Assembly (NCBI RefSeq): GCF_001194135.2
Contig: NC_068982.1
Coordinates: 171,924,489-171,975,688, forward strand
Source of the DNA: Octopus bimaculoides
Taxonomy: Eukaryota
Direction: 5' to 3'
Length of the DNA stretch: 51,200 nt
In this document: piece after piece, positions 12,841 to 24,443 of the stretch
Layout of the letters: each line of letters begins with the position of its first letter
Numbering within the stretch: position 1 is the first letter of the stretch
Position numbers and translations under genes: made by a program
The notes under the pieces: generated by a model
What the model was told of the DNA's origin: nothing
Database searches by the model: none
What the model saw: only the letters and a program-made list of their open reading frames with translations

Positions 12841-13147
12841 NNNNNNNNNNNNNNNNNNNNNNNNNNNNNNNNNNNNNNNNNNNNNNNNNNNNNNNNNNNN
12901 NNNNNNNNNNNNNNNNNNNNNNNNNNNNNNNNNNNNNNNNNNNNNNNNNNNNNNNNNNNNNNNNNNNNNNNNNNNNNNNNNNNNNNNNNNNNNNNNNNNN
13001 NNNNNNNNNNNNNNNNNNNNNNNNNNNNNNNNNNNNNNNNNNNNNNNNNNNNNNNNNNNNNNNNNNNNNNNNNNNNNNNNNNNNNNNNNNNNNNNNNNNN
13101 NNNNNNNNNNNNNNNNNNNNNNNNNNNNNNNNNNNNNNNNNNNNNNN

Positions 13148-13334
13148 CATGCATACCGGCCTCCCCTCTCCACGCCACCAGTGTTATCCAAGGGAAGGGC
13201 AAAGGCCGATACAGCTTGGCACCAGTGACATCGCAACTCATTTCTACAGCTGAGTGAACTAGAGCAACGTGAAATAAAGTGTCTTGCTCAAGAACACAAC
13301 ACGCAACCCGATCCGGGATTCGAACTCACAACCT
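13148..13334 (-). mobile_element. tRNA-derived SINE family D, partial (3' end in gap)
   Basis: Minus strand ggttgtgagttcgaatcccgg (B box), then gtgttcttgagcaagacactttatttcacg...cactcagctgtagaaatgag, a central-domain-like SINE segment. Confidence 0.75.
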
Positions 13335-13721
13335 AGTCTATAACAGATTTTTGTTTCCCATTATACTCATAGTGAGAGCGTTACGCTCATAGATCGTAGC
13401 CGAAAAATATTCTTTGTATAGATTTATAATATATTGTCCGCGTGATCGAGAAATTCGCATTCACCTACGGAATCTCAATTTGATCCTTTGCATCGTATCT
13501 TCGAACGGCGTCATTTACTATTGCCCGTGTCGATTCATACACTGTCAGTGAAATTGGTTACATGAGAGGCCGTTAAGTGGACCGTAGCTGTAATTCAAAA
13601 CGTAGAATCTCGTCACACTGTGCCACGCTAATTCTGTCTCAAAATAAAGCTAATGGTACAGTGTCTGTGGAATGGACAGTTACTTTCGCATTTATGCAGG
13701 AGCAGGTAATTCATTTATCTT

Positions 13722-13920
13722 CCCTTGTTTCAGTCATTAGACTTCGGCCAAACTGTAGCACAGCCCTGGTAAATTTTAAGTCGAATGAATCGACTACAGT
13801 AGTTTTTTTATAAGCCTGATACTTATTCTATCGGTTCCTTTCGCCGAATTGCTAAGTTAAGGGAGTATAAACACATCAACACCAGTCGTCAAACGATGAT
13901 GGGAACAGACACAAACACAA
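13722..13920 (-). mobile_element. SINE A, 3' half, diverged
   Basis: ttgtttcagtcatt...tacttattctatcggt...aacaccagtcgtcaaacgatg matches the reverse complement of 21030-21210; followed by (CA)/(TA) and a gap. Confidence 0.75.
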
Positions 13921-14861
13921 GGACATGCACAGCACACACACACAGATATATATACATATATATATNNNNNNNNNNNNNNNNNNNNNNNNNNNNNNNNNNN
14001 NNNNNNNNNNNNNNNNNNNNNNNNNNNNNNNNNNNNNNNNNNNNNNNNNNNNNNNNNNNNNNNNNNNNNNNNNNNNNNNNNNNNNNNNNNNNNNNNNNNN
14101 NNNNNNNNNNNNNNNNNNNNNNNNNNNNNNNNNNNNNNNNNNNNNNNNNNNNNNNNNNNNNNNNNNNNNNNNNNNNNNNNNNNNNNNNNNNNNNNNNNNN
14201 NNNNNNNNNNNNNNNNNNNNNNNNNNNNNNNNNNNNNNNNNNNNNNNNNNNNNNNNNNNNNNNNNNNNNNNNNNNNNNNNNNNNNNNNNNNNNNNNNNNN
14301 NNNNNNNNNNNNNNNNNNNNNNNNNNNNNNNNNNNNNNNNNNNNNNNNNNNNNNNNNNNNNNNNNNNNNNNNNNNNNNNNNNNNNNNNNNNNNNNNNNNN
14401 NNNNNNNNNNNNNNNNNNNNNNNNNNNNNNNNNNNNNNNNNNNNNNNNNNNNNNNNNNNNNNNNNNNNNNNNNNNNNNNNNNNNNNNNNNNNNNNNNNNN
14501 NNNNNNNNNNNNNNNNNNNNNNNNNNNNNNNNNNNNNNNNNNNNNNNNNNNNNNNNNNNNNNNNNNNNNNNNNNNNNNNNNNNNNNNNNNNNNNNNNNNN
14601 NNNNNNNNNNNNNNNNNNNNNNNNNNNNNNNNNNNNNNNNNNNNNNNNNNNNNNNNNNNNNNNNNNNNNNNNNNNNNNNNNNNNNNNNNNNNNNNNNNNN
14701 NNNNNNNNNNNNNNNNNNNNNNNNNNNNNNNNNNNNNNNNNNNNNNNNNNNNNNNNNNNNNNNNNNNNNNNNNNNNNNNNNNNNNNNNNNNNNNNNNNNN
14801 NNNNNNNNNNNNNNNNNNNNNNNNNNNNNNNNNNNNNNNNNNNNNNNNNNNNNTCTCACTT

Positions 14862-14915
<54 letters not shown>

Positions 14916-15591
14916 AGTTTGTGTGTGTTTATGTGTATGTATATATATGAATGTATGTATCATCAGCCTGTGTGCTTAAGAAGGATACAGGAAGTGTAAG
15001 GTAATTATGAAATGGTTCTTATTCTCTGCACCTGCGTGCATAATGTTTGCATCACGTTTTTAGTTATACCAAGCGATAATCAAACGTCTGCTTTTTACAT
15101 GTGTGTGTCTGTATGTGAGTGTGTGTTCATATGAATATTTCTTATTTGCAGATGTGTGCATATTCACACATGTATACACATCCATGTATGGTTATATGTA
15201 TATGTGTGTGTGTGTGTTTATTTATATGTATATATTACGGAGATGTACTTGCATAGCAAGTGACATGATCTGAGATCGTGTGCTGGAACGAAAACAATTG
15301 CGGCGTGGAAGGTGTTTATAAGCCATTTAAAATAACACACAAAGACCGTTAGATTCACTTCAACATTTAAATTTAATTTGTCAAAATATTTTCGTCGCTT
15401 TGAGACCGCGACCTGTTCACTGACAAAATTCTGTGCAACGCGGCAATTATATATATATATATATATATAAACAATATATGAGTATATGCATTATATGTAC
15501 ATGTATGTACATACCTTCATCTACATGTACATATAGATACATAACTGGGTACATGACGTGGCAAAAGAACATGGACAAAATGATAAACAAG

Positions 15592-15899
15592 GTACAACAA
15601 ACAAGCAAGCCACATAGAAACATCTCCTTCATCAGCTGCCACCATTAAAACACCGGCGTTTCGAAGAATTAAGGCAGTACACATCGTTGAAATGGTTCTT
15701 CCCACGAACACAAATTCAATTATTTTCGTGGAGGGTAGTGGCGGACGGAAAACAAGACAGAAAAACGAAACGGTGAATAAACAAACAAGCAAAAAGGCTG
15801 TACAGCCAGACGTGAAGTGTGTATGTATTGAACGCTGTGAAGTACGAAGTATGTACAACAAACAAGCAAGCCACATAGAAACATCTCCTTCATCAGCTG
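15592..15899 (-). mobile_element. 308-bp element bounded by perfect 47-bp direct repeats; possible Penelope-like pLTR or retrozyme remnant
   Basis: gtacaacaaacaagcaagccacatagaaacatctccttcatcagctg occurs at 15592-15638 and 15853-15899 (period 261 bp). The minus strand has CTGATGA in both repeats and CGAAAC at 15663-15658. The repeats are observed; the classification is inference. Confidence 0.55.
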
Positions 15900-16701
15900 A
15901 TATATATATATATATATATATATACATGTGTGCCTGTGAGTGTGTTTGTGTGTGCCCACAAGTATGTATGTATGTATGTATATATGTATGTATGTATGTG
16001 TGTGTGTGTGTGTGTTGTATGTATGTATGTATGTATGTGTGTATGTATGCATGAACTTACGCATATTGTTTTATAAATTTCTCATAATCTTGTGATGTAG
16101 TTCGTATTTATTTCGTTTCCAAACAGTTTGACACTTTTGTGAGTAATACCTAAATCGACTAGACAATATAGTGATCTATTTCACTGATAAGTGTATATTC
16201 AATCATGGATATTTCATGGGGCGCAGGGGTAAGTCCCATTAAAACACTTCAAGTGATATTATCAATGTATTTAGCCAAAAAGGGTTTGTCCCTTGCTTAA
16301 GCCAATGCAGTAAGCAAATATCTTCCCTTTTGACCGAAACCAAGCATCTTTTGTATAAAAATATATGCAACAACCTCATTCTGATTTTAATATCAGCAGT
16401 TATCTCCTGTCTGTGGTGGATGGCAAACAATCGTTGGTGATACGGATAAGTGATAAGACTATAAATAAATAGATTCGTATGAAGAGCATATTTGTTGATA
16501 TTTTATTTCACGTTTGTTTTATGTGTGCCATAATTCAATTTTGATCTATTTATTGATTCTATTTAGACGTACGGTCATAGCTCGTATAAATTTTTCTTGA
16601 AAGTTATGTGAACATTTCCATTGATTAGAAGTAGTTGTACTATAATTTCCCTTGCAAGCAATCTGGCGTAGAGGAAATCTAAACTGTGTATATATATATA
16701 T

Positions 16702-16744
<43 letters not shown>

Positions 16745-16904
16745 NNNNNNNNNNNNNNNNNNNNNNNNNNNNNNNNNNNNNNNNNNNNNNNNNTGTGTGT
16801 GTGTGTGTTACACCCTTGAGTTACGTAAAGCATGTTCAGATTGCTTTGGAAACATATGTAGTATGGATTTGCCTTCTCCATTACCTACACCCTTTAACAT
16901 GCAA

Positions 16905-17831
16905 ATGCGTTGCACCTGTTAGAACTATGTACAGGATCATAAAAACTTTCAAAGAGACAGGCTCCGTGACGGTGAAGAAAGCCTCTGGTTGTCAACGCCT
17001 GTCCGCTGACCGCCAAGACAGGACTTTGGTGAGAAATTCATTGAGAAATCGAAGTGCTGGCAGCAAACAGCTTGCTCAAGAGTGGGAATCAGCCAGTGTC
17101 AGCGTTTCAGCTCGGACTGTTCAACGATGACTTCTTGATAATGGTCTCGCTTCACTGAGTGTTACAAAGAAACTTTTTTGTCCAAGTAAAAAGTAAAGGA
17201 GAGGCTTGCCTTTTGCAGAAAATATAAAAATTGGTCCAGTGAACAATGAGACAAAGTGATTTTTTTCTGATGAAGCACCATTTCAATTGTCTGGGGCATT
17301 TGGAAAAGGGCTCGTCAGAAGACGATAAAGTGAACGCTAAGATGAGGCCTGTATCGTGCTCACGGTCAAGCATCTAAAAATCATTCATGTGTGGGATTGC
17401 TTTTCATCCAATGGCGTTGAATCACTGTCAGTTTTGCCGAAAAACACTTCAATGAATTCCACATTGTACCAAAATATCCTTGAAAACTATCTCCTTCCAA
17501 CTATTAAGAAGCAGCTTGGCGAAGAAACTTGCATTTTCTAACAAGATGGAGCACCTTGCCACACTGCTAAAACAGATTAAAAAGTATCTTGGAGATAAAG
17601 GTATTGAAATTTTGGAGCTTTGGCCGGGAAATTCTTGAGATTTAAATCCTATTGAAAATTTGTGGTCCATCCTTAAAATCCGAGTTGACAGAGAAAAGCC
17701 AACAAATATTGAACAGTTGAATGCAAGAATGGAGGTCTGTAAACATAGAACTGACTCGATCATTGGTTTCAAGCATGCCTAAACGAATCATGGACGTCTC
17801 GAAAGATAGGGGTCGCCACTGCAAATACTGA
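16905..17831 (+). pseudogene. Tc1-family (DD34E) transposase pseudogene
   Basis: HTH region RTMYRIIKTFKETGSV...SARTVQR; catalytic motifs KVIFSDEAPF, IF*QDGAPCHTAK and WPGNS*DLNPIENLWSILK; C-terminus SMPKRIMDVSKDRGRHCKY* with stop at 17829-17831. Several stops and frameshifts. Confidence 0.93.
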
Positions 17832-18586
17832 GAGGAAGATGAATAACTGTATCACACCTTATTATTGTTCATATGATTCAAATGTGTTATTCTTCGTTAA
17901 TATGCTCGTACGCGCTCAGACAAATCAATTTTTTTAGATAGGCATATTTATAAGCGACTCCATTTAATTGAACAACGCAATCATTACATCAATTTAAATG
18001 CAGGACTATCCTCAGCTGCATAAATAAGTAGATTTTTTAAATCAGTTGGACACATTAATATAATTTTACTCAAATTCTCTAATAGAGCCAGAAGAGGGAG
18101 AAAGTCAATGTTGCTACTAATGCGACTCAAAATATATTACACTTCTAAGAACTGTATGAAGTTTGTTAGTGACATAGCTTGTAAGTGATTGTGGTTCACT
18201 TTTAATTTGTTAGTCTTTTTTATCAACTACCAAATCTAAGGCTAAACGACAGTGTCTGTTTAGAATGGATAGACAGAGTGAGTTGACAGTTTATAGTTGG
18301 GTATGGTCATAAATATGCTCAAGATTTAGAAAATGTATAACTGTATATAAAGGAGGCTGGGTAGGGGAAGACCCTAAATCAAGATGTTAATTACATACAT
18401 ACACACACACACATATATATCTATATATACATATATCATATGTATATATATATGTGTGTGTGTGTATGTGTGTGTATGCATGCATATGTGCATGTGTATA
18501 CATATATGTGTATATATGAACATATACATATATATACACGTATATACACATATATATATATATACGTACCTATAACTCAATAGCTA

Positions 18587-18624
<38 letters not shown>

Positions 18625-18798
18625 NNNNNNNNNNNNNNNNNNNNNNNNNNNNNNNNNNNNNNNNNNNNNNNNNNNNNNNNNNNNNNNNNNNNNNNNNNNN
18701 NNNNNNNNNNNNNNNNNNNNNNNNNNNNNNNNNNNNNNNNNNNNNNNNNNNNNNNNNNNNNNNNNNNNNNNNNNNNNNNNNNNNNNNNNNNNNNNNNN

Positions 18799-19583
18799 CC
18801 ACCGCTGTTTCCATTGATGGAAGCATTCCTGAAACTCGTTTTCTGGTATAATCAACAGTTGCCTCGTCGCATTCACTTTGATTTCCTCGAAGTCCTGAAA
18901 TCTTCTTTTCAAGCGGGATTTCATCTTTGGAAACAGGAAAAAGTTGCAAGGGGGCAAGATCTGAGGAATACGGTTGCTGGTGGACTTTGGGAATGCTGTG
19001 CCTTGCCAAAAACCGCTGCACCAAGCTGCACTAAATGGGCAGGTGTGCTGTCAGATGAAAGCAGTTTTAACACAAACTTGACAGACACGCGTCTCATACC
19101 CAAATCTTCAGTGATAATGGACTGAACTGAACCATAACTAATCTGAACCGTAGCTAATCCGATAACTCATGGATTGTGATTCGACGGTTTCCCCTCACAG
19201 CTGCACGCACATCTGCGATGTTTTTCTCAGTTCTGCTGTTTGTGGTCACCCAGAACGTTCGCCACTATCGACATTTTTTTCGGTTCATACACTCGTCTCC
19301 ATACACTTTCTGCAATTTTGCGTGGGCCTCTGAGCAGGTATCGCCAAGCTTTTGGCAAAATTTGACGCAGATTCTCTGCTCAAAGTTTTTTGTTATGGTC
19401 AATGCGACGATCACAGCTACACACGTTCCTTCCAAGCACTTTTGTAAACAGCAGGAGTGAGCTAGAACGTTCAAACTTAGTGTGCATTCACAATCGAGTT
19501 CACGGTCAATCTGTGTCAAGCAGTTTTACTCTGAATGCTTTAGCGTCGTTACTATTACAATAATCCGGATACTTATTGATCAC
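18799..19583 (-). mobile_element. Internally deleted mariner element
   Basis: 5' TIR-like gtgatcaataagtatccgga; N-terminus EQRICVKFCQKLGDTCSEAHAKLQKVYGDECM; MRRVSVKFVLKLL; PYSSDLAP and CNFFLFPKMKSRLKRRFQDFEEIK...FQECFHQWKQRW. The 3' end lies in a gap. Confidence 0.92.
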
Positions 19584-20600
19584 GTGTTTGTGTGCGTGTG
19601 TGTGCGTGTGTGTGTACATATCGAGAGAAAGAACTAGAAACGAAGAGGTGAATGGCTAAATGTATGTGTGTGTATTCGTATGGATGGGCTTCGGCATATC
19701 AGTGTTTTTATAGTTATTCTGTTGCTAGGAAATGACATTCTCATTAACCAAGATATATGTGTGAATAAAATTTGAAAAACTTTAAAAATGCAGGTATACC
19801 TTGTCATGCTGTGACTACTAAAACAAGTATTATCTTAGGTCCCAGTGGACTGGGTCTTTAAGCAAGCGTTGTTCAGGACCGATGAAAAAAAAACAACCTA
19901 TAAATGTACACGTATAAACTAGATCGCTGTGACTACTAAAACACGTGATAAGCTTTCAGTTAACTGGATCTGCGCGCTAGGTTTGTTATAGACATGGGAA
20001 AATTCTCTCAATTTTTGACACGTACTTTTACTTGAAGCATGAATTAGCGCCACACAGTTTCATTGTACTCTAACTGTATACGTCAATGAGGGAGTCTCTA
20101 CTGAGTTTCTGCTCAGCGGTTCGGCATTCTAGAACCAAATCTCCTTCATATCACTCTATAGCATCTGGAAGAAAATAGAAAAAGGACACGTGGTTAATGA
20201 AGTAGTGTAAATATTATAATAAAAAATTATGATGTAAGGTTCATAACCGGAACATATTTAATCGTAGGTTATTTGATTAAGGTTGACCCGGGAATTATTA
20301 GCACACCATTCTATTTTGTTCGCTTGTTTTTTGAGGGTGTTTTTTTTTAGTTTTTTTAGTCGAATTGATTAATTATCTAAAGTACAGCGTTGCTGAAGCA
20401 GAACTATGATCAAAGCTGTTGCGACTATTATAAAAGTTTCACTTTTGTTCCAAACATAATGTAATTTAATACTAGCTTGTATTAAATACATTATTTAAGA
20501 CTTACTCTTTAGAAGGTAGACATTTCAAACTTCATTAGTTCAGGTTAATTATTATAAAATTACTTTCCGAATCCAAATCTTGCATTGCTTAAATTTATCA

Positions 20601-20632
<32 letters not shown>

Positions 20633-20708
20633 CAGTTCTTCCCAACATTAAATGGTACATTGTGAAAGGAAAAAACAGACAGACAGACAGTTCGACAGAC
20701 AGACAGAC

Positions 20709-20740
<32 letters not shown>

Positions 20741-20865
20741 GGATGGATGGATGGATGGATGGATGGATGGATGGATGGATGGATGGATGGATATGTACTC
20801 AGACAAATAGGCAGACAGATGAATGTGTGGTTGTCTGTATATATGTGCACAAACACGTATACATA

Positions 20866-21210
20866 TTACCAACCACATGGCTCCGGGTTCAGTCCCACCG
20901 CGTGGCACCTTAGGCAAGTGTTTTCTACTATAGTCTCGGGCCGACCAAAGCTTTGTGAGTGGATTTGGTAGACGGAAACTGAAAGAAGCCTGTTGTATAT
21001 ATATGTGTGTGTGTGTGTTTGTGTGTCTTTGTTTGTCCCCCAACATCGCTTGACAATCGATGTTGGTGTTTGCGTCCCCATAACTTAGCGGTTTAGCAAA
21101 AGAGACCGATAGAATAAATACTAGGCTTACAAAGTTCTGGGATCGATTTGTTCGACTAAAGATGGTGCTCCAGCATGGCCGCAGTCAAGTGATTTAAACA
21201 AATGAAAGAA
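20866..21210 (+). mobile_element. SINE A, near full length with short internal (TA)/(TG) tract
   Basis: B box ggttcagtccc, gcaccttaggcaagtg, ggatttggtagacggaaactgaaagaagcc, internal tatatatatgtgtgtg, then 3' half ending aaacaaatgaaagaa. Confidence 0.92.
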
Positions 21211-21640
21211 TATATGTGTCTGTACATATATATATATAAATTTGCACGAAGCGTAATGATGCTTGATAAGCATCTACTTGCTAGAAATAAGAGCTAAGTC
21301 TTAAATTAATCCACCGTAGCGCACCAATATAACAGAGAAAAACAGTATGCGAAGGAAACAGAAAGAATTAAAACATTTAACAGCAGAAATAAAAATATTA
21401 TGCAATTAGGGATATCCACAAACCAGGTTTCGGCTTTTGGGTATTTAACTCTGAGCCTCGTCAGTGTGGACCACCAGTTTAAATCCGTGACTGTTCATGT
21501 TAGTCTCTGAGTGTGCAACTGGTTTTGTTTTGCGCCAAAAACAGAGTACATGGTGCATAAAAATTTATAAATGAAACATTCAAACACTGAGATTTGAAGT
21601 TAGATGTCACTACTGTTCATATCATCCGTGGATAAATTCT

Positions 21641-21753
21641 AAATTTGATGATATCACCAATAGTGGCATGGGTGGAACGCAGTTATAATAGCTTTAAACA
21701 GCTATTCTACCCTGCGTTCCACCCATGCCACTACTGGTGATATCATCAAATCT
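21641..21753 (-). other. 42-bp inverted repeat (RNA hairpin) spanning the putative exon 1 / intron 1 junction
   Basis: Arms 21641-21682 and 21712-21753 give 40 of 42 Watson-Crick pairs; the other two are G-U on the minus strand. The 29-nt spacer holds a further 7-bp stem aatagct/agctatt. Confidence 0.9.
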
Positions 21754-22005
21754 GGTGGCAGTGTTTTCCCTAGTGTTGTTGTTGCATTTTGTTGTCATTG
21801 ATCTTTTTTGTTGTTCCTGTAATGGTAGTGCTGGTGTTTTTAACACAGGAAAGTTTTCAAACATTTCATGTGTTGTCTTGTTGTTGTTGTTGTTGCTGTT
21901 GCTGTTTTTACTGCTGCCGCTGCAACTGAGTTTTATAATTTGACTGTTCTGTTCTGCGGATAACTGGCTGTTCTGTTCAACGGACAAACAATCCTCGTCC
22001 GCCAT
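21711..22005 (-). CDS. Putative first coding exon of an unidentified gene (MADEDCLSVEQNSQ...FDDITSSGMGGTQ; N/S/Q-rich N-terminus)
   Basis: 103-codon ORF in unique sequence with AAG-ATG-GCG start context. An in-frame 24-bp duplication (SVEQNSQL/SAEQNSQI) includes synonymous changes AGC/AGT and CAG/CAA. Candidate phase-1 donor AGG|GTAGAA at 21710 is weak; without splicing the ORF stops at 21694. Confidence 0.55.
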
Positions 22006-22130
22006 CTTTCTTTTTCCTCAAAAATCAAGGGGCGTGTTTACTAAACAAACCCCAACTTAACCCCCATGGGCTACAGATGGAGAAAAACTAACCAGCTCCC
22101 AAAGGTCCTGGTTTGTTTATCTATATAGCG
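21999..22130 (-). promoter_or_regulatory. Putative promoter/5' UTR of the minus-strand gene
   Basis: YY1/Pho-like AAGATGGCGG overlaps the ATG (21999-22008); GC-box-like CACGCCCC near 22030-22037; CTATATAG near 22121-22128. Motif-level evidence only. Confidence 0.3.
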
Positions 22131-22244
22131 ATAACAAAAGTTGAATATTGTTACATAACATTATGTAACAATATTAAGAACAAAAAACTTATGGGAACGA
22201 CGTGCGATACGTGTCGATAGACCAACAACAGCAAAAACAACAAC

Positions 22245-22246
<2 letters not shown>

Positions 22247-22312
<66 letters not shown>

Positions 22313-22333
22313 TAATAATAATAATAGTAGTAG
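22247..22333. repeat. (AAT)n microsatellite
   Basis: Long aataataat run upstream of the putative promoter. Confidence 0.95.
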
Positions 22334-22785
22334 TAAATATCAAAATGAAAGGAAAGAAAACGATAGAAAAATGCAATTCATTTGTGTAGATTGAATATTT
22401 AGCTGTCTTTTCAGTTGATATGGAAAAATTAATGCCGGGAGTTCGTTAGCAAATTTTCAAAACCGTATTTCTAAGGCAAAGCGATAAGAAAATATATTTT
22501 TAATCATTTCATGCAATTGTAGAAAGGAAATACATCGCGGCTAAACATACCTCAGCTACCAAATAGATAAAATGGCAAAAGATTAAGTTTTATTATTTAA
22601 TTATATTTTTAATGATATATAAAATGTTATAATATAACTGAAGAAATGTGCATAGTTTTGAGTGAGAAAAATATGTTAAATAACCAATAAGTAAAGAAAA
22701 AGCATCCAATTTATGAAATATTACATACACATACCCCAAAATATATACTAATATATACGTATAATATATACGTATCAGTGAGTGA

Positions 22786-22843
<58 letters not shown>

Positions 22844-23376
22844 GTGTGTGTACGTATGTCTGTCTGTCTATCTGTATGTATGTACGTACGTATGTATCTA
22901 TGCATGTATGTATAGATAGATACATATCTTATGAGGGATAGAAAATATATGACTGACAAAATAATAAGATATTATATAATCACATTTAGTTGTGATTATA
23001 CAGTTGTTTCGTTTACAAGGAACCGTTCACTTAAAGTTGAGTACAAGTGCGTCATTCCAAAGCATCATCAGAGCCATTACAAGAAATGTTTCTTTAATGG
23101 AAAAAGCAAATGTAATCTCCTGTTCCTAAGTTATTTATCGTTTATTGATATTATGTTCTGTACAGATGTTCTGCTTCACAAAGAAGTGAGAAGCGAAGCG
23201 TGGGACGCAACTTAATTCGTACCTCCTGACCACTGAAGTTTAGTAATACTGTAGATTACAAGTATAAGTTTTGATTTCTAACAGCTGGGTGTTGCTGTTG
23301 CAAAACATTAGCATAGTTATACCCATTACGTTAACACTTGCTTGTTACCTAAGAACTGTAAGCATTGAAAACTAAT

Positions 23377-23744
23377 GTTGTTGTTGGCACTCCGTCGCTT
23401 ACGACGTCGAGAGTTCCAGTTGATCCAATCAACGGAACAGCCTACTCGTGAAATTAACGTGCAAGTGGCTGAGCACTCCACAGACACGTGTACCCTTAAC
23501 GTAGTTCTCGGGGATATTCAGCGTGACACAGTGTGACAAGGTTGGCCCTTTGAAATACAGGTACAACAGAAACAGGAAGTAAGAGTGAGAGAAAGTTGTG
23601 GTGTAAGAGTACAGCAGGGTTCGCCACCATCCCCTGCCGGAGCCTCGTGGAGCTTTAGATGTTTTCGCTCAATAAACACTCACAACGCCCGATTCTATGA
23701 CCGCGAGTCCGCTGCCCTAACCACTGGGCCATTGCGCCTCCATA
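23377..23744 (-). mobile_element. tRNA-derived SINE family C with (AAC)n tail; B-box region deleted
   Basis: Minus strand begins ggaggcgcaatggcccagtggttagggc (A box). Perfect 13-bp TSD attgaaaactaat at 23364-23376 and 23745-23757. Highly similar to 41438-41802. Confidence 0.93.
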
Positions 23745-24443
23745 ATTGAAAACTAATAAAACAAATACATCCCTACAAAATTATTCTACATATAAATAAA
23801 ACCCCAGGTGCTGCAGAGAAATTAACAAAAAACAGCCATTTGTCGTAACCCTTGCTGCTTAAAAGACCATCAAATGCCAACTGAAGTAAATCAATCCCAA
23901 CTGCCCAACGGAAGCGATGTTGAATGACAACTACCAACGGAAATGACGTTGTACACAAAAGTGAATGACAACCAACTCCAATAATTCTATGCAGTAACTT
24001 AACCCTACGTTACGCAAAATCTAACAATCCTCACAATTTCAGACCCAGTTGCAAACCGGAGATTATTCCATATTTTCCCTAAATTTTCACCATGATACCC
24101 TAAGTAACAGTTAAGACATTTAACCAACCTTTTACTATGTAACCTTGGATTTTCCATGTAAATCATTAATATTTTCTCCCTATTCAAAAACATTCCAATT
24201 TTATTTTTCTACCATATCTGATAACTTGACTGAAAAACACGTTATAAATCAATCCAAAGGGCAACTCCACTATCTCCCAAGGTAACGATGCAATGTGGAA
24301 ATTAATAAATATTATCCAAGTATGGCTGTACGGCTTAGGAGTTAACTTCGCACGCATGTGGTTTTGAACCCCTGTGTGCCCTCCACTATACGTTACCTTG
24401 ACTACCTTCAACTATAGCTCTGAGCTGACTCATGTCTTATGTT

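Noticed and set aside
15592-15899. Direct repeat-spacer-repeat as a possible CRISPR array
   Set aside because: Only two 47-bp repeats with a 214-bp spacer, in eukaryotic DNA with no cas genes.
16200-16440. Non-repetitive, moderately GC-rich patch with a gggGTAAGT donor-like site
   Set aside because: No frame is convincingly open and no recognisable motif is present.
21990-22005. MADE(D) N-terminus recalling eEF2K or SIRT1 starts
   Set aside because: Only 4-5 residues match and the rest of the exon shows no similarity, so no gene symbol is assigned.
23997-24015. ttaaccct, a piggyBac-like terminus
   Set aside because: No matching inverted terminus was found nearby.
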